Shown here in pieces: positions 37,648 to 48,124 of a DNA stretch of 64,000 nt. The stretch comes from Callorhinchus milii. Its lineage: Eukaryota. Position 1 is the first letter of the stretch. Each line of letters starts with the position of its first letter. A program made the translations under genes and the position numbers. A model generated the notes under the pieces. The model saw only the letters and a program-made list of their open reading frames with translations. It did not search any database and had not been told where the DNA came from. Location of the stretch: assembly GCF_018977255.1 (NCBI RefSeq), contig NW_024704751.1:1240001-1304000 (forward strand), read 5' to 3'.

Positions 37648-38176
37648 CTGTGAAGGATTTAAAAAAAGACAAAAAAAACTTTAACATTTAAATGATTATC
37701 TAAGAATTGCATTTACCCACCCCTCAAAAATTCATTTATAAAAAGATGAAAATTCGGTGATATAGTTCTGATATTTCCAATAGAAGTTTTTGTGGAGGAG
37801 GAAGTGCAATGCACTCTACGAATGCTTGTGGAACCTTGACTTACACTAAACAGTCACTACATGCAGTAGTAATTTCTGTGAAATGCTTTGACATTACAGG
37901 CACAATAGAAATTTATTTCATTTGTCTAACGAGGTTAGTCGGGTCCTCAATGATGCAGACATTCAGCAACAGGCCCTAATTACTGCAGCTTTTCCTCCTT
38001 GGAAACTGGCTTGTAAAATGTTAGAAATAATGAGACTAAATCTAAAGGCAATTGGAAAAGCTGAGAATAGAAAACATTTATCAAAGCTGGGACAAGCTTG
38101 GGGTTTACTGGAGTTACTTGAACATCTGCAGGTCAGGTTGTTCTCATTTTATATTCCCAGTATATTCCCCTCCTAC

Positions 38177-38334
38177 CTGCCTCATGTCTCCTTGGGCTGT
38201 AAAAACTATAGCTTCCAAGCCATCATCTGTGTATTGGACGTTTTCCTTCTCAACCACCTGCATCAGTCGTGCAAGGACCTGTGCGTCTGTCAGCTTTGTG
38301 TAACGCAGAACAGCACAACGGGATTGGATCGGTT
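38177..38334 (-). CDS. RFC2: RFC2 exon 7 (SRC arginine finger)
   Basis: [53 protein letters not shown]. Confidence 0.96.
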
Positions 38335-38901
38335 CTGTGAATGCAGCATTAGAATGGATTGAGTGAGAATCATTATGATTCTTTGCATTTGACGTAGCTC
38401 TTTATCGAGTCATTGAGACGTCTCAAAGTGCTTCAATGAATAAATTGTGAAGTATTTTGTGGGCGAAACGTGGCAAAATCATATATAATTATCACACAAT
38501 AATACAATCATTGCACAATCAATTACAATCCAAGCACTTAGGGACAATCTCCTGAACATTATTTACCTTCTTAAAAAATATGCAACATCCTACTTCAATC
38601 TGGGTTTTACTCGTTTCACATTTAAAACTTCAAAATGTGCCTCGATTGGAAGTCATAAGGTACAATACAAGCAAAAGAGACAGATTACCCCTTGCAACCA
38701 GAATAAAGTACTACTCTTCTACATACAAGACATGGTTAAAGGAGCAATCACTGCTACCCGTGGTGTGATTCTTCAATTAACTTCCACAAACTCAATGAGA
38801 AATAAAATGACAGATACACCTGCATAACTATTCAGGAGTAAATACTTTGTCTTGTGTGCTGCTATAACAGAGTTGAAAGCATCAAAACAGTATAAACACA
38901 C

Positions 38902-39002
38902 CTATGATTTTGTCGGAGGCGTTGCAGGCCAAGGCAAACCGAGTTGTTTTAGAGTAAATCTCCATTGTTCTCCTCAGGGCTTGTTGGGCCCCATCCGTCA
39001 TG
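38902..39002 (-). CDS. RFC2: RFC2 exon 6
   Basis: [33 protein letters not shown]. Confidence 0.96.
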
Positions 39003-39445
39003 CTGTAAGTTTACAGAAGGTACAAGTGTAGCAGCCTGATTACATTCAATTTCAAAAGCAATTCTCCTCTCTGTACATTCAGTCCTGGCCTGTCTGCAGA
39101 ATTTCGAATGAGTCTCTTGCTTACGCAGCAACTTTGGTAGATGAACAAGTCAGAGCACGTTCACAAGGTTACATTTTAGAGGGGGTTTGCTAAGCTAATT
39201 TAAAAAATCTGTGACGACATCAGGTAAAGCAGGCCCTGCAATTTGATCTCAACATTCCAGAATAATAGCCCTACTGTTCCAATGCACCATTAAGTGATTT
39301 CTTAAATGAATCCTTCAACCACGCTTCCCGATACCCTGTTCCAGCTTCCATTCCATATATAGAAGCATTACCACCATTTGTTGTGTGCCCCTGTTCCATG
39401 ACAGCCCTTGTATACTCAAATAGGTGTGAACTTTATCTTTCTTAC

Positions 39446-39547
39446 CTGTCTGCTTCATCCAGGATGATGATCTTGTGACGACCCTTTGGTAGGGTGACCT
39501 TCTGTTGTGCAAACATTTTGATTTTGTTTCGGACCACATCAATACCT
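39446..39547 (-). CDS. RFC2: RFC2 exon 5 (Walker B)
   Basis: [33 protein letters not shown]. Confidence 0.96.
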
Positions 39548-39761
39548 CTAACAAAAAAAAACCCATATCATAATTCACATTTACTTTCAATTTATTCTTG
39601 AATTCTTAACTATTTTGTAAAGCATTCATATAAGTTAACCATAAGAGATGTTGTTGAATGCCAAAATATACAAACTTCCAGATGTGAACGTAAAAATTTT
39701 CCGAGCATACCCTCGACTTGTATTAAATACCCAATATAAAACAAATCCAATAGTATCTTAC

Positions 39762-39868
39762 CGGTCATTGGAGGCATTGAGTTCAAGAACTGCATCTTTT
39801 AATGCAGGGCCCAAGAGTGCTCGTGCCAAGCAAAGAATGCTGGTAGTCTTACCAGTACCTGGAGGACC
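39762..39868 (-). CDS. RFC2: RFC2 exon 4 (Walker A)
   Basis: [35 protein letters not shown]. Confidence 0.96.
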
Positions 39869-39999
39869 CTGACAGGACAAAGCAAACAACAATGATTTAA
39901 GAATGTACTCCAGATTGAGTTAAACGCAGATTGAAGAGTTCTAAAGGTGCCCCAAGAAGACAATAATAAAGAAAAATTAGGGAAGTAGAGATTACTCAC

Positions 40000-40041
40000 T
40001 GCAATAATTATGTTGGGTACATTTCCCTCCCTTGCAAACAC
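40000..40041 (-). CDS. RFC2: RFC2 exon 3
   Basis: VFAREGNVPNIIIA. Confidence 0.95.
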
Positions 40042-40225
40042 CTGTGAGAGAAGGAAACCAAATTAATACATAGGAACTGTCTCTATAACCATTGATTCTA
40101 CTCTGAACCAATCATTTAGATCATGAAAGCTGTGAATTTTGTTATCAATTTTACTAATAGATTATTCCATCAAACATCTTGGTATAAAAACACACCATTG
40201 TTTCTTTGAAAATGTTGACTCTTAC

Positions 40226-40295
40226 CTCTAACCTGCTGACAGTTTCCTCGTTCCCCACAATTTCATTGAGTTTTAGTGGCCTGTATTTCTCAACC
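40226..40295 (-). CDS. RFC2: RFC2 exon 2
   Basis: [23 protein letters not shown]. Confidence 0.96.
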
Positions 40296-41739
40296 CTGTG
40301 TTAAAAAGTTACAAAACATTTTTTTTTTAAATCATGGTTGCATGAACCATAAAAAAAACAAATTTGCTATCAGTCAAAAGAAAATTACAAAGAGTTTACT
40401 TCTAAGATGAATATGTTAGCTTAATGATTGCAAAACTTTTGATTGGTAATTCGGAGCATAATGTGCCTTACAAAAGGTATTACTGTATTTTTATTAAAAT
40501 TAATGAGAAACAATATACACACACAAAATCTTGCACGTGGAATATCGTGTGAAACAGAAACTAGATTGATTTTTGTTGCAGTCCATAGTATAATTTTCAT
40601 GATATTATATTTGACTAAAACCTGACCCATTTTCATTTCAATCAGCTTTAAAAAAAAAAGCTCTGTATTTATCCGATAAGCTTGCCCTTTTCATTCAGAT
40701 GCTGATCCCCTTAGCATTTCCTTTTTTTAAAATTTTTTTAGATCTCCAACATTTGGAGTTCTTTATATCTCTAATCTAGTCTTTCTTAGACAGATGGTTA
40801 TTTCAATTATTCTGTTGTACATCTCTGCACTACTCCTCTATAAAATGAATCATTCTCTGATGCATCCAGTATTTATAATACAAAAAAAACTTAATAACCT
40901 TTTCATTTGAGGTAGCGTTTTATCACGTCATTGAGACCTGATCAACTGAATATACTGTAAAGTGTATTGACTGTGCATCTTGTAACATGAATAGCGCAGA
41001 AGCCTTAAAGTAAAACAAAAATGCAATTTAAATGTACTGTACTCAGTTATTAACAATTAGTTTCGACGTTTTCCGCTACCTTTACCATTTCAGCCTCAGT
41101 GACTGACAGACTAACACGGATTCAACTACAATAACATTTGGGAGGATTGAACAAATGTGGTAGATTTTCCACACTAAAAANTTCAAAGAATGTAAAGTAA
41201 GAAATGCATGAAAATATTATGACGTGTAAATAAATGATGGTTGGCCGGAAGTTTCAAATGTGAACTTCTAAGCCATACATGGGAGATACGTTTGATCTCG
41301 ATGTTATTCTGCGTGCAATAGTTTTTTTTTGGGGGGGAAGAAATGATAAAAAAGATTGCAACTGGATGTGAGGAAATTTAGCCACCGCCCGGCCACCGCT
41401 TTACAATCAGTGACCTTTTCATGGTGTAAAGAAATAATTATGCAAAGATTTTATGCAAACTACTGTGCGCAATTGGCTGCCACGTTTCACCCACAAATAT
41501 ACAGTCAATTCACTTTACAGTCTATTCTGTGAAGCGCTTTGAGACGTCGGGAAGACGTGAAAAGCGCTATATCAAATGCGAGGATTATTATTATTGTTAT
41601 CATTAACCCACCGTTCCCCACAGTCAAGCCTGTGAAAGCAGGAGTGGGGGATTCACAGCACAATAGTTTTTTTAAACCGACTATTGTTAGTCATTCCTTC
41701 AACTATTAGAAAAAGTAGATTGTATATATATTTCCACAT

Positions 41740-41900
41740 TTGACATACATCTATACATCTATAGTGTGTATATATAAATATATAAACACACAAACACTTT
41801 ACATGTATATATATAATTACATATATTATGTACATATAATATATATACTATAATATATGGCTTTATGTGTGTATATATATATAAACATATATATATATAT
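41740..41900. repeat. (AT)n-rich low-complexity tract
   Basis: Interrupted TA dinucleotide runs in RFC2 intron 1. Confidence 0.8.
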
Positions 41901-41978
41901 AAAGCCGATTATTTTTCTAACACTTGACCGGTGTCCCGCCTGACATTAGCACCGCCCGCCCTCTCCCCTCGCACTCAC

Positions 41979-42139
41979 CAGGGCAGTTCGTAGGCCGCTG
42001 CCGGCGCCCGGCCCGCGTTGGCAGTACCCGGTGCGGCCTCCTGCTCTCCCTGTCGCCCCTGGCTGGCTCTCAGCGCCGCTGGCCTGCTCTTAGTCTGCTC
42101 CGCCGGGCTGCTCCCGCTCTCGGCCACCTCCATGTCCAT
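41979..42139 (-). CDS. RFC2: RFC2 exon 1
   Basis: MDMEVAESG...AAAYELPW; donor TG|GTGAGT. The start could instead be the second ATG at 42133. Confidence 0.9.
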
Positions 42140-42970
42140 GGTTCCCGCGAGTCTGGTTGGGGTCTCCGCCGCCGCTGTCCTGTCACTGACTGAAACTGAC
42201 AACCTCTCAGCGCAGACAAGGGCGCTCCACCATCATCATCATCATCATCCCTTCCCAACACTTTATAACGGGCTACAACTTTATATCCCTATATATTTAT
42301 ATTAAATTGAAATGTATAATATATATATATATGAAGTTTATATCCTCACGGAAAGGCGTCGAGTCCCCTGACAGGAGTCGGCTTTGCCCCCAAAGGAAAA
42401 CCGCTCAACCCGACTCTCCCGCCAAAACCGCCACCTCTGAGACGACGATACCTCTCGCGCAGGGCGCCAAGAGGGTCCCTTTCCGCCGCTCTCTTTCCTC
42501 CTGCAAACCGCCGCCGCCACCGCCAGCTGCTGCTGCTGCCGTTCCTCCAACGGGCCCGGAGGTCCTCCTGGCTGCCGTGCGCGTGCGCACTCACGGCTCG
42601 GGCTCGAGCAAAGCGCTGTGTGGGGGGAAAAAAAGTCGGTTGGAAGCCGAGGAGGAGGAGATTTTAGTTCCTCGTTAGTTTTTAAACTCTTTTATATTCT
42701 TCTTTTATTCCACACACCTCCCCCCTCCTCCTCTGGAATCACCTTTTGTTCCTCGGCGTCTCGTTATTAACGATATGAGGTAAAAAAAAAGAAAAGCAAC
42801 GATCAAAAGGGAGTAAACTTTCTCCCCTCCCCCACCCCTTCCTCTTGGAGGAAACAGGAGGAGGAAAGAGAAGCTGTGAAGGTGAGCGAGCTGGTGAAGG
42901 TTTGGGGGGGTTGTAGGTTATACCCCCCCCCCCCCCGCGCGCTGCCCACAGCTCCGGGCCGTTGCCGCCA
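42140..42970. promoter_or_regulatory. CpG-rich bidirectional promoter region shared by RFC2 and RFFL
   Basis: E2F-type TTTGGCGGGA (-, 42417-42426) and TTGGCGCC (-, 42463-42470); NRF1 consensus TGCGCACGCGCA (-, 42578-42589); candidate RFFL 5'-UTR donors at 42780 and about 42882. Confidence 0.7.
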
Positions 42971-43073
42971 AGTCATATATATCATGTTTTTAAAGAAAAG
43001 TTTGGTGCGCGTGTGTGAGATTTCAATTGACCGTCGAATGTAATCGAGTCAAAGTCTGTGCCCAGTGCCTGGC

Positions 43074-45525
43074 TGGCCAGGCTCCTCTGTTGTTGTTGTT
43101 GTGGCCAGGCTCCTGTTGTTGTTGTTGTGGCCAGGCTCCTCTGTTGTTGTTGTTGTGGCCAGGCTCCTCTGTTGTTGTTGTTGTTGTTGTGGCCAGGCTC
43201 CTCTGTTGTTGTTGTTGTTGTGGCCAGGCTCCTCTGTTGTTGTTGTTGTTGTTGTGGCCAGGCTCCTGTTGTTGTTGTTGTGGCCAGGCTCCTGTTGTTG
43301 TTGTTGTTGTTGTGGCCAGGCTCCTGTTGTTGTTGTTGTTGTTGTGGCCAGGCTCCTCTTGTTGTTGTTGTTGTGGTCAGGCTCCTCTGTTGTTGTTGTT
43401 GTGGCCAGGCTCCTCTTGTTGTTGTTGTTGTTGTGGCCAGGCTCCTCTTGTTGTTGTTGTTGTTGTGGCCAGGCTCCTCTGTTGTTGTTGTTGTTGTGGC
43501 CAGGCTCCTCTGTTGTTGTTGTTGTTGTGGCCAGGCTCCTCTGTTGTTGTTGTTGTTGTTGTGGCCAGGCTCCTCTGTTGTTGTTGTTGTGGCCAGGCTC
43601 CTGTTGTTGTTGTTGTTGTTGTGGCCAGGCTCCTGTTGTTGTTGTTGTTGTTGTTGTGGCCAGGCTCCTGTTGTTGTTGTTGTTGTGGCCAGGCTCCTGT
43701 TGTTGTTGTTGTTGTGGCCAGGCTCCTCTGTTGTTGTTGTTGTGGCCAGGCTCCTCTGTTGTTGTTGTTGTTGTGGCCAGGCTCCTCTGTTGTTGTTGTG
43801 GCCAGGCTCCTCTGTTGTTGTTGTTGTTGTGGCCAGGCTCCTCTGTTGTTGTTGTTGTTGTGGCCAGGCTCCTCTGTTGTTGTTGTTNNNNNNNNNNNNN
43901 NNNNNNNNNNNNNNNNNNNNNNNNNNNNNNNNNNNNNNNNNNNNNNNNNNNNNNNNNNNNNNNNNNNNNNNNNNNNNNNNNNNNNNNNNNNNNNNNNNNN
44001 NNNNNNNNNNNNNNNNTGTTGTTGTTGTTGTGGCCAGGCTCCTGTTGTTGTTGTGGCCAGGCTCCTGTTGTTGTTGTTGTGGCCAGGCTCCTGTTGTTGT
44101 TGTTGTTGTTGTGGCCAGGCTCCTCTTGTTGTTGTTGTTGTGGCCAGGCTCCTCTGTTGTTGTTGTTGTGGCCAGGCTCCTCTGTTGTTGTTGTTGTGGC
44201 CAGGCTCCTCTGTTGTTGTTGTTGTTGTGGCCAGGCTCCTCTGTTGTTGTTGTTGTTGTGGCCAGGCTCCTCTGTTGTTGTTGTTGTTGTGGCCAGGCTC
44301 CTCTGTTGTTGTTGTTGTTGTAGCCAGGCTCCTCTGTTGTTGTTGTTGTGGCCAGGCTCCTCTGTTGTTGTTGTTGTGGCCAGGCTCCTGTTGTTGTTGT
44401 TGTTGTTGTGGCCAGGCTCCTGTTGTTGTTGTTGTGGTGGCCAGGCTCCTGTTGTTGTTGTTGTTGTGGTGGCCAGGCTCCTGTTGTTGTTGTTGTTGTG
44501 GTCAGGCTCCTCTTGTTGTTGTTGTTGTTGTGGCCAGGCTCCTCTTGTTGTTGTTGTTGTGGCCAGGCTCCTCTTGTTGTTGTTGTTGTTGTGGCCAGGC
44601 TCCTCTTGTTGTTGTTGTTGTTGTGGCCAGGCTCCTCTTGTTGTTGTTGTTGTGGCCAGGCTCCTCTTGTTGTTGTTGTTGTGGTGGCCAGGCTCCTCTT
44701 GTTGTTGTTGTTGTTGTTGTTGTGGCCAGGCTCCTCTTGTTGTTGTTGTTGTTGTTGTGGCCAGGCTCCTCTTGTTGTTGTTGTGGTGGCCAGGCTCCTC
44801 TTGTTGTTGTTGTTGTGGTGGCCAGGCTCCTCTTGTTGTTGTTGTTGTGGTGGCCAGGCTCCTCTTGTTGTTGTTGTTGTGGTGGCCAGGCTCCTCTTGT
44901 TGTTGTTGTTGTTGTTGTGGCCAGGCTCCTCTGTTGTTGTTGTTGTGGTGGTGGCCAGGCTCCTCTTGTTGTTGTTGTGGTGGCCAGGCCCCTCTTGTTG
45001 TTGTTGTGGTGGTGGCCAGGCTCCTCTTGTTGTTGTTGTTGTGGTGGCCAGGCCCCTCTTGTTGTTGTTGTGGTGGTGGCCAGGCTCCTCTTGTTGTTGT
45101 TGTGGTGGTGGCCAGGCTCCTCTGTTGTTGTTGTGGTGGTGGCCAGGCTCCTCTTGTTGTTGTTGTTGTTGTGGCCAGGCTCCTCTTCTTGTTGTTGTGG
45201 TGGCCAGGCCCCTCTTGTTGTTGTTGTGGTGGTGGCCAGGCTCCTCTGTTGTTGTTGTGGTGGTGGCCAGGCTCCTCTTGTTGTTGTTGTTGTTGTGGCC
45301 AGGCTCCTCTTCTTGTTGTTGTTGTGGCCAGGCTCCTCTTGTTGTTGTTGTTGTTGTGGCCAGGCTCCTCTGTTGTTGTTGTTGTTGTTGTGGCCAGGCT
45401 CCTCTTGTTGTTGTTGTTGTTGTGGCCAGGCTCCTCTTCTTGTTGTTGTTGTGGCCAGGCTCCTTTGTTGTTGTTGTGGTGGTGGCCAGGCTCCTCTTCT
45501 TGTTGTTGTTGTGGCCAGGCTCCTC
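43074..45525. repeat. Compound minisatellite [GGCCAGGCTCCT(CT)0-1(TGT)3-8]n with an assembly gap at 43888-44016
   Basis: Roughly 80-90 tandem units (my estimate); 129 Ns internally. Confidence 0.97.
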
Positions 45526-46639
45526 CTTCAAGATGTGTTGTCACCAAAATGTCAAGAGCATTGTTCCCTTTCCGTAAGTAGTTTTTTAAGAGAGAACTGG
45601 ACAGGTATCTGGGGAAGACGGGTTTGCAGGGTTGTGGGGAGAAAGCTGGTGATTGGGGTCAGTGAAAGCGACTTGCTCTGTCAAAGAGCCGGCACAGACT
45701 CGATGGGCCGAATGGCCTCCTTCTGTGCCATAACATCCTATGAATCTATTAAAAAAGAGCAGCCAGAAACTCGGCAGACACCGGGCATCGATCGATCGTA
45801 ACAACCGAGAAACGCCGGAGTGTGCTTTCCCCATTTCCTTCTCTTGAAGTGGGTTTTCGTTTACTGGTGAGGGTTTGTTGCTCTCCCTTTCTCTCTCTTT
45901 CTCTCTCTCTCACTGTATCTCACTAACTTATCATAAGCCTTGGTGCAAAGACATGACTACGTCTTGTTGCAAATATCACAACTGTTTTGCTGAGATGCAA
46001 CCGGAATCTCTTGATGTCAAATACAGCGGTAGACAGTTTTGCAATCTTCCAACAAAAACAATTATAATGGTGGCTACTAAATTTCATGTGTTTGAAGCCT
46101 GGCTGCCAGTTTTATCGTGAGCGTTATGATTACAATAAAAAAAATCTTGCCTTTATTTTCACGCAAAATATTGGGAGACAGTGTTGTAACCTGTACATAG
46201 TCTCTTAATACTCTCTTATGAATTAAAATCTTGTTAATGCTTGCTGTGCTCCCAAATTTGGTGAATATCTAACTTGATTGACTCAATGAGAAGGTGTAAT
46301 TTGAGACTATCCTCTTTTGGGGGTGGGAGGTGTGAAAGGAGAGGAAAGCAAGTTGCCTTTGGCTTGAACTGACTGGAAAAGGGGAAACTGACCTCTGTCA
46401 ACTCTGTAGTGGAATCTGCATCACATTCCTGGTCCAGGGGGCTGTTGATAAATGACCAGACCAGAATGTGTGGTCCCTAATGCCTTGACTTCTGCTATTC
46501 TCCACGTGTTCTTTGTGCTTAGGGAAAGTGGGCTGTTGTGTTATCTCCCTTTGCTGGTGGGGATGGGGTGGAAAATGCACACTCCATAATTAACAGAGAA
46601 AAAATGTTTTTGTCTGTTCCACACATTCATCACCTCAAG

Positions 46640-47190
46640 GCTCGACTATAAAAACTCCCTCCTTGTCGGCCTCTCCAACTTTTCCCTCCACAGATCATCC
46701 AGAACTCTGCAGCTCTTGCCCTCTCTCACACCAGGCTTCTGTGACCCCATCACCTTCGCCCGGCTCCACTGGCTCCCCATCCCTCAGAGGATAGAATTCA
46801 TAATCTTCATGCTCACTTCCAAGGCCCTCCATGGCCTTGTCCCCTCCCACATCTCTGACCTGCTTACCCCCTATCAACCTGTCCGCTCCCTCCACTCAGC
46901 AGGTTCCGCCCGACCCATCCTACCATAGGCAGTTGGGTTTTCAGCCTCTCTTTCCCTACTCTTTGGAACTCCATCCCACAATCCCTTCACCTTGCTCCCT
47001 CTTTTGCCTCTTTCAAGGTATGATTCAAGACTCTCCTTTTTGACTGTGCCTTCAGCCGCCCTCCTACTCCCTCGGCCCTCCCTCATCCCAACCCTGCCCC
47101 CCACGCTCATGTTCTGCATCCTTGACTGTTCAGTGCCTTGGGATGTACTCCTGACATGAACGGCACTTTACAAATGTGTGGTGGTGGTGG
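46640..47190 (+). mobile_element. Decayed L2 3' fragment
   Basis: PITFARLHWLPIPQRIEFIIFMLTSKALHGLVPSHISDLLTPYQPVRSL, followed by an L2 tail. Confidence 0.85.
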
Positions 47191-47810
47191 TGGTGTTGTT
47201 GTAGTGGTGGTAGTAACAGGAACTAGAGAGACCATTAGGCACAGATTTCATCCTTTTTTAGTCTCCAGGCTGGTCACTTGTTTGGGCTGGTACATGTGGA
47301 GTTGGAATGAGTGCAATACAATTAGAAGGTGGCAAGCATGGCAGAATTCATATAAATCCAATAATTTTCAGTGGTTTTAGTCAAGGAAGTGATAGGTGAC
47401 AGAAAATCATGTAAAATTGGTTTCAGTGATTCATTGTATTCCCTCCTTCAGCTAAGTTCTCTGCATTTATTGGTTAATCAGTGCAAGTTTTTTTAAAATG
47501 AAAGAGATGAATGTAAGCACTTTGTACAACAGATATTGTATCTATATGACATACAGAATATATTTTGAGATTTGGGAAGAATACTTCTGTTACCTCACTT
47601 TCCAAGTTACTACTTCAGATTGCATTTAACCTTTGATGTTGGAATATATTTACTTTGCACTATGAAATGTTACAGCATTGCAGGTATTTAAGGTTGAATT
47701 GCTGACCTACTGTGTAATGTCTACCTGAAACTAGTTTAATACAATGTGCCAAAGTTCCTGAGAAGTTTCCATTATAGCTAGCAGTTGGAACACATTATTT
47801 TGAACTGTCA

Positions 47811-48124
47811 TATAATAATCCTTGCATTTGATATAGCGCTTTTCACGTTGGGAGGATGTCCCAAAGCGCTTCACAACACACTGTAAAGTGAATTGACTGT
47901 ATATTTGTGGGCGAACGCGGCAGCCAATTGTGCACAGCAATGTCCCACAAACAGTCGTAGATTGAAAATGACCAATTTTATTATTGTTTGGTTTTGGAGG
48001 GATTATTATTAGACTCTGTGTGGAGTAAGGAAACTTGCCCAAGGTTTCGCCCTCTGCCTGGAATTGAACTCAGGCCTCTCACTTGCAAAGCGAGTGTTCT
48101 ACCCACTGAGCTACAGGACTCCAC
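47811..48124 (-). mobile_element. tRNA-derived SINE, short young subfamily
   Basis: Reverse copy near-identical to 31815-32136. Confidence 0.88.

Larger units (their letters stand above)
34160..42139 (-). other. RFC2: RFC2 gene span; 1113-nt CDS, 370 aa
   Basis: complement(join(34160..34270,35855..35968,37059..37139,37582..37647,38177..38334,38902..39002,39446..39547,39762..39868,40000..40041,40226..40295,41979..42139)). Walker A GPPGTGKT, Walker [12 protein letters not shown] motif. Confidence 0.97.

Noticed and set aside
43074-45525. CRISPR-like regularly spaced repeat
   Set aside because: The spacers are only (TGT)n, there are no cas genes, and the context is vertebrate.
42982-45801. Five ORFs of 400-930 aa (poly-C/V/L and poly-Q/N/T)
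   Set aside because: They are translations of a stop-free tandem repeat spanning an N gap, open in several frames at once, with no domain content.
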